DNA of 34,031 bases from Methanothrix sp. (GCA_040770465.1 JAXGJB010000032.1:1-34031), one strand, 5' to 3'. Counted from the first letter of the stretch, positions 1 to 9,495 are shown. Translations and numbers: made by a program. The notes: generated by a model from the sequence alone, not told the origin.

Positions 1-26
1 ATTAAACTACTGGCAGATCATTCAGT

Positions 27-968
27 TCAATCGGTTTCGGCGTAAATCCTCGCATCGTACCCCAGATGCTGAAGGGCGTACCAGACGATGGAAGCCTCGC
101 GGACGTCGTCGGAATAGACGATCACGGGGCTATCATCTTCGAGATCGATGAACATCCCGGTGAGGGCTGAGTCATCCTTGATCCAGTCGCCTTCGATGAG
201 GCTGTTGAAGTCGATGTTCACCGCTCCATCGATGTGATCTGCTGCGAACTGATCTGGAGCTCTCGCGTCGACGACCACAAACTCGCCTGAGGTGACGGAA
301 TCGTAATCGGCGAGAAGTTCAGGGACCGGATCTTCTAAGTAGATTGCAGCATGCTTCGTCGTAGTAGTCGATGCCGTAGGTAGGCCGGTCGCTGGTCCCT
401 TGAGGATTCGGACGTTCTGATGGCCCAGGTACTTCATCATCCATAAGACGAAGGTCTGATCGCCGCAGGAGAAGCAGTCCCCGTATACCACCACCACATC
501 CTCCTCGGTGATCCCGGCGTCTCCCAGAGCCCCGGCCAGGCCGGAGACGGATTTCAGCACCTCATCTCCAGAATCGTCTTTCTGGATGAACCGATCTGAC
601 GAAAGATTCATCGATCCATCGATGTACGAGGACCCCTGAGGAGGGTTGATGCTGACGTAGGCGATGAGGGGTTTCGTCTCACTTACAAGCATCTCCTCCA
701 GCTCCTCTGCAGACATGAAGGAGGTGTCGATATAGTAGGCGATATGTTCATCCTCATCTGAGACCGTTTCGGGCTCCTCAACCGCTGTATCGACACTCGT
801 GTCGGACGTGGCTGAGTTGCTCGATTTCTGGCTCGTCGAAGCATCAAGCCATGATTGAGCGCCCCAAGCACTAGGACTAAATGTGCCGTGGGGACATGCT
901 TCTATCCCGCTTGTAAGAGCGATAATAATTATCAGCAACGCTCCGCTCTTCGCCAGTATACTTCGCAT
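27..968 (-). CDS. Secreted tandem-rhodanese (sulfurtransferase-like) domain protein
   Basis: N-terminal hydrophobic signal and a Ser/Thr/Glu-rich linker. Rhodanese motifs LGDAGITEEDVVVVYG, VVDARAPDQFAADHIDGAVNI and PVIVYS...LGYDARIY. The second domain has no Cys in its active-site loop; the first has CFSC. Confidence 0.85.
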   Translation of the reverse strand: MRSILAKSGALLIIIIALTSGIEACPHGTFSPSAWGAQSWLDASTSQKSSNSATSDTSVDTAVEEPETVSDEDEHIAYYIDTSFMSAEELEEMLVSETKPLIAYVSINPPQGSSYIDGSMNLSSDRFIQKDDSGDEVLKSVSGLAGALGDAGITEEDVVVVYGDCFSCGDQTFVLWMMKYLGHQNVRILKGPATGLPTASTTTTKHAAIYLEDPVPELLADYDSVTSGEFVVVDARAPDQFAADHIDGAVNIDFNSLIEGDWIKDDSALTGMFIDLEDDSPVIVYSDDVREASIVWYALQHLGYDARIYAETD

Positions 969-1379
969 TTATCATACACTCCTTGAAAGCACCATGCTTT
1001 TGAAATATAACCACGTTTACGAGGCTTATCAGGACCTGAACCTCTCCCCAGAGGCCCGATCACTGCCGCGAAGGCCTTGCCGGATTTATTGCTCCCTATG
1101 GAGCGGTCAACCCGGATCTTCTCATGCGGACATGGTTCATGAAGGTAACCCTTCGACTCTCTCGATGGACAGCTTTTCAAGGAGACGAATTACTACGACC
1201 CCGATGAATTTTCAAGCGGATATTAAATCGCATCATCCGTGAGTTTTAATTATGTAATTAAATAATATACTCAGCCTTTGCCGCTAAATAAGATCTCACG
1301 CCCTATTATTTCAAGCTCTATTAAAATTCGAGCAAAGAAGATGGCGCAGAAAGGGTTTTGGACGCGCCTGAAACTCCGT

Positions 1380-1787
1380 TCAGGCGGTCATCTTGGACTT
1401 GGCTATGTACTTGATCATGTCGGGTGATAGTCTGGTGTTCATCTGGACTTGAGCTACAGCATCGTCGATGCTCTCGCCGCTGGATATCAGGTCACCGATC
1501 CGCTCGATAGCGCCTTCGTCGACCATGTAGTACTCGTCGATATCCTTTCTGTGTCCCCATACATCTCCCTCAAGCAGGTCGATGCCCTGCATCTGGAGGA
1601 ATAACCTGATGGCCTTGGAGAGGGTCTTGTTGTAGGATGGAGGTACCTGGATCGCTCTGAGCCTGGGACACGCCTTGATCAGGTCCAAAAGATCGACGTT
1701 GGACGGTCTGAAGGCTATGTGGACCATCCTCTCGCTGGGGCTCAACTCGGTTATCTCACTTCTTTGACTCACTACTCTGATCTTCAT
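1380..1787 (-). CDS. DUF1699-family protein (methanogen conserved hypothetical)
   Basis: MKIRVVS...HIAFRPSN..D...CPRL..IQVP.SY..TLS...LLEGDVWGHRKDI.EYY is the family pattern as I recall it. Confidence 0.8.
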   Translation of the reverse strand: MKIRVVSQRSEITELSPSERMVHIAFRPSNVDLLDLIKACPRLRAIQVPPSYNKTLSKAIRLFLQMQGIDLLEGDVWGHRKDIDEYYMVDEGAIERIGDLISSGESIDDAVAQVQMNTRLSPDMIKYIAKSKMTA

Positions 1788-2324
1788 GCGATTTCACCTT
1801 TACAATTGAAGAGATGTATACTGGGTATTAATAGACATTTGTAGTGGATGCTAATGTACATATCGATATCCTCAAACCCGAATATCGTTGAAATAGACAA
1901 AATTTGACCGGAAAGACCAGAATGTTATGGCTGGATCTTATTGGAATGTAGGTGTCGGGAAGATATCGAGAATTTAACGTCTCAGCTCAGATTTGAGTTT
2001 GAGATCGCGCCGGCAAAAATAACCCCCACCACCACCGTCGATGGGGCAAAATTCACATCAGCTTACCAGATCGGAAGAATCCTTGAACGAATGCCATGAG
2101 GGATGGTTGAACAACCATACCCTAAATTTGAAAGATGACGAGCCATAGAAAGAGTCTTTCTGGTCCTGAATCCTCGTTTATCAGAATTTGTTTTCATTTA
2201 TCGGAATCTGTTTAGAGGATCATGACGGAAAACGGAGTTCAGATTATCTTGAACAGGATTTTTAAATAAGATGAGGACGATGATCTGCATAGATCTTCGC
2301 AATTGTTCAATCTGAGGTATAATA

Positions 2325-4370
2325 ATGAGAGACGTTTTAATTGGAATAGCCATACTCGCCCTTCTATCGATGGGAGGTTGGGCTGAAGAGTCGGACTCGG
2401 CGTATGAAGAGATGCCGGCGGGAGATGCTGATACGCTCATACCGCGAGAACTGCTCTTCGGCAATCCCGACAAGATCACAGTTCGAACGAGCCCCGACGG
2501 GTCCAGGATCAGCTATCTCGCCCCCAAAGACGGGGTCCTGAACGTCTGGGTGGGACCGATCGACGAGCCAGAAGCTGCCAGGCCCGTCACCAACGACACC
2601 TATCGAGGCATACGCTCCTACTCGTGGAGCTACACCAACGAGCACATCCTCTATATCCAGGACAAGGACGGCGACGAGAACTGGCGGATCTACAGCGTCA
2701 ACCTGAGCTGTGGTGAGATAAAAGACCTCACGCCCTTCGAGGACGTCCAGGCCCTAATCGAAAAGACCAGCCTCAACTTCCCTGAGGAGATAATCGTTGG
2801 CCTCAACGACCGCGATCCTGAGTACCACGACCTCTACCGGCTGAACATAAAGACCGGGAACATGACCTTGATCCAGGAGAACAGATATTTCTCGTCTTTC
2901 GACATTGATGACTATTACAACGTCAGGTTTGCGACAAATATGACGTCCGACGGCGGTTCTGAGATCTTCAAGCCGACGGGAGACGGCGGGTGGGAGACCT
3001 TCTCGGAGATCCCGATGGAGGACATGATAACGACGGGATCGGTTGGGTTCAACAAGACCGGTGAGATACTGTATATGACCGACAGCCGCGGCCGGAATAC
3101 TGCGGCGCTCTATGCCATGGATGCGGATACCGGTGTCGAGACTCTGGTCGCAGAAGATCCGATGGCGGATTTCAGCGGCTGGATGAGACATCCGACAGAG
3201 AAGAACGTCCAGGCCGTCGCCTTCACCTACGAGCGGAAGCACTGGCAGGTGCTCGACGATTCGGTTGCCGACGACCTGGAATTTCTGGAGACGGTTGACG
3301 ATGGCGACATCGAGGTTGTGAGCCGGTCTCTCGACGACAATACCTGGATCGTCGTCTACGTCGTAGACGATGGACCCTTCAGATATTACCGCTACGATAG
3401 CGAGAATAAAGAGGCCGAGTTCCTCTTCACCAATCGGAAGGATCTCGAAGATAAGCCCTTCGCCAAGATGATGATCCCGGTGGTCATCAGCTCGCGCGAC
3501 GGTCTGGACCTCGTGAGCTATTACACTTTGCCTCTTGGAAGCGACCAGGATGGTGACGAAAGGCCAGAAGAGCCTCTCCCAATGGTGCTGTACGTTCACG
3601 GCGGTCCGTGGGACCGGGATGTCTGGGACTACAACTCGGTACATCAGTGGCTTGCCAACCGGGGCTACGCCGTCCTGAGCGTCAACTTCCGCGGATCGAC
3701 GGGGTTCGGGAAGGATTTCGTCAATGCAGGCAACCTGGAGTGGGGTGGTAAGATGCACGACGACCTGATCGACGCCGTCGATTGGGCGATCGAAGAGGGG
3801 ATCGCAGATCCCGATCGCGTCGCGATCATGGGCGGAAGCTACGGAGGGTATGCGACCCTGGTGGGGCTCACCTTCACTCCGGAGGTCTTCGCCTGCGGCG
3901 TTGACATAGTGGGTCCATCGAACCTCACGTCGTTGATCGAGACGATACCTCCCTACTGGCAGCCGGAGATCGAACTCTTTGCGACTCGAATGGGCGATCA
4001 CAGGACTGAAGAGGGCCGGGAGCTCCTCTTCGAGCGGTCTCCCATCAACTATGTCGAGAATATAGAGAGGCCTCTTCTCATTGCTCAAGGAGCCAACGAT
4101 CCCCGGGTCAACCAGAACGAGTCCGACCAGATCGTCGAGGCGATGCAGGAGAGGTCGATTCCGGTGACCTACGCGCTGTATCCGGATGAGGGGCACGGCT
4201 TCGCCCGGCCGGAGAACAGCATATCGTTCTTCGCCGTTGCTGAGGCCTTCCTCTCAGAGCACCTGGGCGGACGGTTCGAGCCTGTAGGCGACGACTTTGA
4301 GAATTCGACCATCACCGTGCCAGTCGGGGCCGAGGAGGTACCAGGCCTCGCGGAGGCTCTTTCGGTCTGA
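2325..4370 (+). CDS. Secreted S9-family (prolyl oligopeptidase/acylaminoacyl peptidase-like) serine peptidase
   Basis: Signal peptide, VHGGPW, nucleophile motif GGSYGG, catalytic Asp in QGANDPRV and His in DEGHGF. Confidence 0.95.
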   Translation: MRDVLIGIAILALLSMGGWAEESDSAYEEMPAGDADTLIPRELLFGNPDKITVRTSPDGSRISYLAPKDGVLNVWVGPIDEPEAARPVTNDTYRGIRSYSWSYTNEHILYIQDKDGDENWRIYSVNLSCGEIKDLTPFEDVQALIEKTSLNFPEEIIVGLNDRDPEYHDLYRLNIKTGNMTLIQENRYFSSFDIDDYYNVRFATNMTSDGGSEIFKPTGDGGWETFSEIPMEDMITTGSVGFNKTGEILYMTDSRGRNTAALYAMDADTGVETLVAEDPMADFSGWMRHPTEKNVQAVAFTYERKHWQVLDDSVADDLEFLETVDDGDIEVVSRSLDDNTWIVVYVVDDGPFRYYRYDSENKEAEFLFTNRKDLEDKPFAKMMIPVVISSRDGLDLVSYYTLPLGSDQDGDERPEEPLPMVLYVHGGPWDRDVWDYNSVHQWLANRGYAVLSVNFRGSTGFGKDFVNAGNLEWGGKMHDDLIDAVDWAIEEGIADPDRVAIMGGSYGGYATLVGLTFTPEVFACGVDIVGPSNLTSLIETIPPYWQPEIELFATRMGDHRTEEGRELLFERSPINYVENIERPLLIAQGANDPRVNQNESDQIVEAMQERSIPVTYALYPDEGHGFARPENSISFFAVAEAFLSEHLGGRFEPVGDDFENSTITVPVGAEEVPGLAEALSV

Positions 4371-4530
4371 TCCGGCCGAACGGGTTTCCGATAGCGAATG
4401 TGGTGAGGCGCGAAGTTTGGGTGGGGAGGAGAGCGCCCCACCACTCCCCCGGCGCCTCGTCCTCTTTTTTCTCAATTAATCCGTAACCGATATATAGAAT
4501 CAGATCGATATTTTTGTAAGGTGATATGGT

Positions 4531-5067
4531 ATGAAGAACGCAGCATTGTTGGTTCTGATCCTCGCTGGGATCTTCGCCGCGGTTGCCTCAGGCCAGGGAA
4601 ACGGCAACGGAAACGGAATGGGACCCCAGGCAGGAGTTCACGAGGCTGGAACCGGACTTGTGGAGCCCGATCTGAAGGAAGAGGCTCAGGGGACTGGACA
4701 GGGCTTGACCGACGTCGAGGAGATGGATATGGATGCTGGAAGCGAGGTCGTCGCGTTTGATCTGACCGGTGACTGGGGCTCTGACGGTGCAAACTTCTAC
4801 ATCCGACAGGTAAACGACACCATCTGGTGGTTCGCCGAGGATTCGGCTGAGGAGCCTGCCTGGACCAGCGTCGCCCGCGGCACCATCGAGGATAACACTG
4901 TGAGCGTGACCTGGGTCGATGTTCCCAAGGCCAACGCCACGATAATGGGCACCGCCGTGCTGAACGTCACGACTGAAGATGAGCTTCAGCTCATAAACCA
5001 GACCGGCGGGTTCGGCGGCGAGGACTGGGAACAGATTAAGATAATAAGGATCAACAGCGGTTTCTGA
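4531..5067 (+). CDS. Secreted hypothetical protein with a C-terminal beta-rich domain
   Basis: Signal peptide and acidic low-complexity linker, then DLTGDW...YIRQ...WW...WVDVPK, a motif I recognise from uncharacterised small beta-barrel domains. Confidence 0.7.
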   Translation: MKNAALLVLILAGIFAAVASGQGNGNGNGMGPQAGVHEAGTGLVEPDLKEEAQGTGQGLTDVEEMDMDAGSEVVAFDLTGDWGSDGANFYIRQVNDTIWWFAEDSAEEPAWTSVARGTIEDNTVSVTWVDVPKANATIMGTAVLNVTTEDELQLINQTGGFGGEDWEQIKIIRINSGF

Positions 5068-5107
5068 TATCGGGTTAGAGCGACCCCAAAGATCCGAAGC
5101 ATGGCGA

Positions 5108-5413
5108 TCAAAAGGGCCATAGCCTTCGGTTGATCTCATCTATTTTTTTGGTGTAATTCATCGAAATAGGCGGAGCCACAAAATGGGCGACGTAAGTCCG
5201 AGCCTTCAGAGCTTTGCCAAGCTTGGCCAGAGTCGAGGCTCGCTCATCGTTTTTGGAGTCATCTCTTCCTTTCAACCTCATCTGGTCGATCGAGCAGTCG
5301 TCGACGGGTTTGTCTTCTCGAGTCCTCAGGAAGACCGGCGCCCTCAGATGCCCATCACGAGTCAGCTCCAGGGCCTCCACCTCCATTTCAGGCGCGAGCC
5401 ATGGTGCACTCGA
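5108..5413 (-). pseudogene. C-terminal OB-domain fragment of an ATP-dependent DNA ligase (LigD-like)
   Basis: The frame reads WLAPEMEVEALELTRDGHLRAPVFLRTREDKP, matching ligase motif VI (WV.PELVVEV...T.DG.LR.PVF.RLR.DK). The adenylation domain is missing and homology ends at the terminal CRISPR repeat. Confidence 0.8.
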
Positions 5414-5414
5414 T

Positions 5415-6631
5415 CTTTCAATGGGGCCACGACCCGGAGGTCATGGTAAGTATGACGAAAACTCCACCTATGTGGAAGGGGTATATGGGTTTCAATGGGG
5501 CCACGACCCGGAGGTCATGGTAAGCATGATCGAGCTTGGATAGACATCTACGACGCCGACCAGGTTTCAATGGGGCCACGACCCGGAGGTCATGGTAAGA
5601 CGTCGATCGATGCGGGACCAGGAGCGACGATATATAGCCGTTTCAATGGGGCCACGACCCGGAGGTCATGGTAAGGGCTTGGCTATTAGTTGGTTCTTGT
5701 CGCGCGAAAATTGGGTTTCAATGGGGCCACGACCCGGAGGTCATGGTAAGAGGAGATCTCCAGCATCAAGGAGGATGCCTATCAGGAGTTTCAATGGGGC
5801 CACGACCCGGAGGTCATGGTAAGTGGCCCTTAGCGTGGCCTTTGGCGAAGAAATCCAAAAGTTTCAATGGGGCCACGACCCGGAGGTCATGGTAAGCCGA
5901 ATTAACCTACGTAAAGTTTTCCGGGGACAACGGAGTTTCAATGGGGCCACGACCCGGAGGTCATGGTAAGGATCTCCATCTCCTCGCCGTCAGTCCAGTC
6001 GCTAGAGTTTCAATGGGGCCACGACCCGGAGGTCATGGTAAGTCAAAGAGTCCCCATTCTCAAGGAATTTCTTGAGATAGTTTCAATGGGGCCACGACCC
6101 GGAGGTCATGGTAAGGCTCCAGAGGTACTCAGCGAACTCTTCAGTGAAGGGGTTGTTTCAATGGGGCCACGACCCGGAGGTCATGGTAAGCAACCTGAAG
6201 GTTATTGATGGCCAGGACTACTACGACTGTTTCAATGGGGCCACGACCCGGAGGTCATGGTAAGATTAGGAGGATTTTGTAATGGAAAGAAGGCCCATAA
6301 TTCGTTTCAATGGGGCCACGACCCGGAGGTCATGGTAAGGGAATAATTTGGGCTGTCCGCAGCCTTGAACAAACATGTTTCAATGGGGCCACGACCCGGA
6401 GGTCATGGTAAGAGGACGCCGAGAAAAAGATGTCGATCACCTTCAACGATGTTTCAATGGGGCCACGACCCGGAGGTCATGGTAAGGTCGCAGAAGGCAG
6501 TATCCCCGGAGGCGACGCCGAGTTTCAATGGGGCCACGACCCGGAGGTCATGGTAAGGACTGACCGTGTGTCCATAGAGCACCATGACAGGTTATGTTTC
6601 AATGGGGCCACGACCCGGAGGTCATGGTAAG
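5415..6631 (-). CRISPR. CRISPR array, 17 repeats of 36 bp and 16 spacers of 35-40 bp; no cas genes in the window
   Basis: Plus-strand repeat GTTTCAATGGGGCCACGACCCGGAGGTCATGGTAAG starts at 5415 (G>C variant), 5489, 5564, 5640, 5715, 5788, 5861, 5935, 6007, 6080, 6155, 6229, 6304, 6377, 6451, 6522 and 6596. The reverse complement ends in ATTGAAAC and holds the hairpin CCATGACC-TCCG-GGTCGTGG. The only degenerate repeat is at the left end, so transcription is right to left. Confidence 0.99.
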
Positions 6632-6830
6632 AGCTAGCATTTTACGGCCTTAATGCATAGCGAAAAAAATCCATTTTGCACGAACCTCCGGCACTTCTGC
6701 GATTCAATGCAGAAGAGCGCCCGATTTTTTGCCGTTTTCGATATGCAAAGACACTGCACGGACGATTTTTTCTAATGTGCCAGCAGATATCGATGGGTTT
6801 TTTGAAGGGAGGTTCGTGCAAAAATCTCGG
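6632..6830 (-). promoter_or_regulatory. CRISPR leader
   Basis: Non-coding stretch with A/T tracts next to the non-degenerate end of the array. It contains a perfect 16-bp inverted repeat at 6674-6689 and 6808-6823. Confidence 0.8.
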
Positions 6831-7019
6831 CCTTTTTCAGGGCCTCATGGAATTTTCGATATCGGGAGGCTGCCACATCGATGCATATCGATTCTTCTTG
6901 CTGTGCCCTGGGCTGGGCACGGCTTTATCCATCCGTCTGGATCGAACGGCCTTTGAGATTTCGTCAAAGGGGCTTATTAACCCAGATGCCTTTGTTGTAT
7001 CCAGTGGATTTGACTGCTA

Positions 7020-7145
7020 TTAAACATTTCTCCCATCCACCGTCCCCTCCTCACCCTCCGCTATGAACCTGAAGACGAAGGCCGCCTCCTCCCAGGCCTT
7101 CTCGATGATCGTCCCGTAATAATTGAGGGCGAACTCGAAATCCTC
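7020..7145 (-). pseudogene. Probable extreme C-terminal fragment of a family-B (PolB2-like) DNA polymerase
   Basis: My translation is EDFEFALNYYGTIIEKAWEEAAFVFRFIAEGEEGTVDGRNV*. It resembles the FD..YY..LLEKAW.E.AFVF ending I recall for Methanotrichaceae PolB2-type proteins. There is no start codon and an in-frame stop lies upstream. Confidence 0.45.
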
Positions 7146-7217
7146 ACCCGATGGTTCGATCCTGCCGGATGACTCATCGCCCGATGATCCGATCTGCTTA
7201 TCGTCTGCGAGTCAGAT

Positions 7218-7256
7218 CTCCAAAATAGCCTACACTCCAAAATAGCCTATTTTGAG
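7218..7256. repeat. 15-bp direct repeat overlapping a palindrome
   Basis: CTCCAAAATAGCCTA at 7218-7232 and 7235-7249. The second copy is part of CAAAATAG-C-CTATTTTG (7238-7254). Confidence 0.8.
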
Positions 7257-7420
7257 AACCGTTTTATACTTTCCCGAAGAGCCCGGACGAGAGAGGCGGG
7301 CGGCCTCGCCGGCCGTCCTCTCCCGGCGCCGATGAAGAGAAAAGTTCCCTGATTCGATGATGAGCCCTATGAGTCCTGAGGCGTCCGGGGACCTCTCGGG
7401 CCCCGTCAATCGCTCCCGGC

Positions 7421-7732
7421 TCAGGCCTTCTTCGCCTTGGACTGTGCCCAGCGGTCAACGTGGTCGATGAGGTTGAACTCGATGATCTTCTTCGCGTCGC
7501 TGAGCATCTCCGCCACCTCGCCGATGGTGAATTTGGCGGTGTTCCCCGCTCGGTTCACCACCTCTATCTCCTCCTTGAGGTCGATCGCCTTCCCGGAGGC
7601 GAGGATCGCCGAGAGGTCCTGGCAGGCCTTCTTCAGGTACTCGATCGAGTAATCGGCCATCGATTCTCGGTCCTGGAGGTTCCTGTTGACCTCCTTTATG
7701 GACCAGCACATGGTAATGACTTTCTCGTACAT
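7421..7732 (-). CDS. Hypothetical protein
   Basis: Strong GC3 codon bias. ATG at 7732 is preceded by GGTGGAG; alternative starts are 7759 and 7711. Confidence 0.75.
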   Translation of the reverse strand: MYEKVITMCWSIKEVNRNLQDRESMADYSIEYLKKACQDLSAILASGKAIDLKEEIEVVNRAGNTAKFTIGEVAEMLSDAKKIIEFNLIDHVDRWAQSKAKKA

Positions 7733-7793
7733 CTCCACCAACCGCCGCTTATATCGCATCTGGATATTTAAGAGCTGCCATCGTCAAAAATAG

Positions 7794-7970
7794 TGGGGCT
7801 GGTGCGATTCGAACGCACGATCGACGGGTCTCTCCGATACCGAGAGCGATTCTCTCAGTGCTCCAACGGATCATCAACGGCCTCCCCGTCGAGAGGCCTC
7901 AGCAGACCCGTTGCTCATCATCAATCATACCGCTGGAGCCCGTCGCCATACCTGACTAGGCCACAGCCCC
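7794..7970 (-). tRNA. tRNA-Trp(CCA) with a 103-nt intron at position 37/38
   Basis: Acceptor stem GGGGCTG/CAGCCCC-A, anticodon arm ACGGG-CT-CCA-G^A-CCCGT and T-loop TTCGAAT. The intron spans 7830-7932. Confidence 0.95.
7830..7932 (-). ncRNA. Intron-encoded box C/D guide RNA of pre-tRNA-Trp
   Basis: TGATGA (C), CAACGGGTCTG-CTGA (D'), TGATGA (C') and CCGTTGGAGCA-CTGA (D). The guides are complementary to the tRNA's own anticodon-arm sequences, as known for euryarchaeal tRNA-Trp. Confidence 0.9.
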
Positions 7971-7976
7971 TCAAAG

Positions 7977-8050
7977 CGGGCCGAGAGGGATTTGAACCCC
8001 CGACCTAAAGGTTAAGAGCCTTTCGCTCTGCCTGACTAAGCTACCGGCCC
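7977..8050 (-). tRNA. tRNA-Lys(CTT)
   Basis: Acceptor stem GGGCCGG/TCGGCCC-G, anticodon arm AAAGG-CT-CTT-AA-CCTTT and T-loop TTCAAAT. It lies 6 nt upstream of tRNA-Trp, so the two are probably co-transcribed. Confidence 0.97.
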
Positions 8051-8169
8051 GGACTTTCCATATACGATGCTGGTTAAATACGTTTCGGCTTTGAAGGGAG
8101 TTGGCCGCCGCGGGCGGCCCCATCTCCAAGAGCCGTTTTTTGGCTCGGCTCAGCCGATTCAGAGATCGA

Positions 8170-9495
8170 TCAGATCGTGTTGATGTACCTCTCGACCTCC
8201 CAGGGGTGGACGTGGTTGTTGTACATCTTCCACTCGATGGAGCCGAGCCGGCTGAAGTTGGCGTAGACGTGCTCGCCGAGGGCGTCTCTGATTACTTTAT
8301 CCTCCTCCAGACAGTCCAGAGCCTCCCGGAGGTTTGAGGGGAGGGTTCTGATCCCGAGCCGGTCGCGCTCATCGTCGGAGAGGTCATAGATGTTCATGTC
8401 CACGGGGTCGCCGGGGTCGATCTTCCTTTTGACGCCGTCTAGCCCCGCCGCCAGGACCGCGGCAAAGCCGAGGTACGGGCTGCAGGATGGGTCCGGCGAC
8501 CGGAACTCAAGCCTGGTGCTCAGGCCTCTGCCGCTTGGAACTCTGATGAGAGACGACCTGTTCGGCCCCGACCATCCGATGTAGACGGGAGCCTCAAATC
8601 CTGAGACGAGCCGTTTGTAGGAGTTGATCAGGGGGTTTGTGATGGCGGTTATGGCGGAGGCGTGCTCAAGAAGACCTCCTACGAAGTAGCGGGCGAGGTC
8701 TGAAAGCTGCATCTTCGCTTCTGGATCGAAGAAGGCGTTCTCGTCGCCCTTGAAGAGGGATATGTTGACGTGCATCCCGGAGCCTGCCGCGCCGTAGATC
8801 GGTTTAGGCATGAAGGTGGCGGCAAGCCCGTTCTTCATGGCGATCGTCCTCGTTACGTACTTGAAGGTGACCACGTTGTCGGCGGTCTTCAGCGCCTCGC
8901 CGTAGGTGAAGTCGATCTCGTGCTGTCCCTTTGCCACCTCGTGGTGAGATGCCTCGATGTTGAAGCCCATCTCCGTCAGGGCGAGGACGATCTCCCTTCT
9001 TATGTCCTCGGCCAGGTCCACGGGTCCGAAGTCGAAGTAGCCGGCGAAGTCGTGGGGCTTTGTGGTGGCCTTGCCGTTCTCCATATTGAAGAGGAAGAAC
9101 TCCAGCTCGGGGCCGACGTTCATGGTGTAACCCATATCCTCGGCCTTCTTCGCCGCCCTCTTCAGGACGTAACGCGGATCGCCCTCGAAGGGCTGGCCGT
9201 TCGGCTTGTAGACGTCGCATATGAGCCTTGCGACGTTCTTGTTCTCTCTCGCCCTCCATGGGAGGATGGCAAAAGAGGAGATGTCCGGTCGGAGGACCAT
9301 GTCCGACTCCTGGATCCGCGCGAATCCCTCGATGGAAGAGCCGTCGAAGGCGGTCCCCGAGTCGAGGGCCTTACCGAGCCTGGTGGCTGGGATCGATACG
9401 CTCTTTACGAGCCCCTGGATGTCGGTGAACTGCAACCTGAGAAACTCGACGTTTTTGTCGCGGATCGTCTCTAACAGCTGGTCTATTGAGTACAT
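8170..9495 (-). CDS. glnA: Glutamine synthetase type I
   Basis: FDGSSIEGF, ESDMVLRPD, GPELEFFLF, HHEVAKGQHEI, ATFMPKP...GSGMH, NRS.LIRVP, RLEFRSPDP. Confidence 0.98.
   Translation of the reverse strand: MYSIDQLLETIRDKNVEFLRLQFTDIQGLVKSVSIPATRLGKALDSGTAFDGSSIEGFARIQESDMVLRPDISSFAILPWRARENKNVARLICDVYKPNGQPFEGDPRYVLKRAAKKAEDMGYTMNVGPELEFFLFNMENGKATTKPHDFAGYFDFGPVDLAEDIRREIVLALTEMGFNIEASHHEVAKGQHEIDFTYGEALKTADNVVTFKYVTRTIAMKNGLAATFMPKPIYGAAGSGMHVNISLFKGDENAFFDPEAKMQLSDLARYFVGGLLEHASAITAITNPLINSYKRLVSGFEAPVYIGWSGPNRSSLIRVPSGRGLSTRLEFRSPDPSCSPYLGFAAVLAAGLDGVKRKIDPGDPVDMNIYDLSDDERDRLGIRTLPSNLREALDCLEEDKVIRDALGEHVYANFSRLGSIEWKMYNNHVHPWEVERYINTI

Noticed and set aside
2754-4196. 480-aa antisense ORF, and similar ones opposite glnA, kae1, cobQ, GT2, proS and mfnD
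   Set aside because: Shadow ORFs caused by high GC3 on the real coding strand; no recognisable motifs.
5971-6006. Spacer sharing a short stretch (CCATCTCCTCG) with the region near 33997
   Set aside because: A match of about 11-12 nt is expected by chance and is not evidence of self-targeting.
5183-6630. Multiple ORFs with repeating SMGPRPGGHGK, FQWGHDPEVMV or FNGATTRRSW peptides
   Set aside because: They are translations of the CRISPR repeat, not genes.
6676-7066. Short ORFs in the leader region as possible cas or anti-CRISPR genes
   Set aside because: No RBS, codon bias or motifs; they overlap the leader.
7793-8008. 71-aa ORF over the tRNAs, and the 78-aa ORF at 26647 over tRNA-Ala
   Set aside because: They overlap clear tRNA genes.
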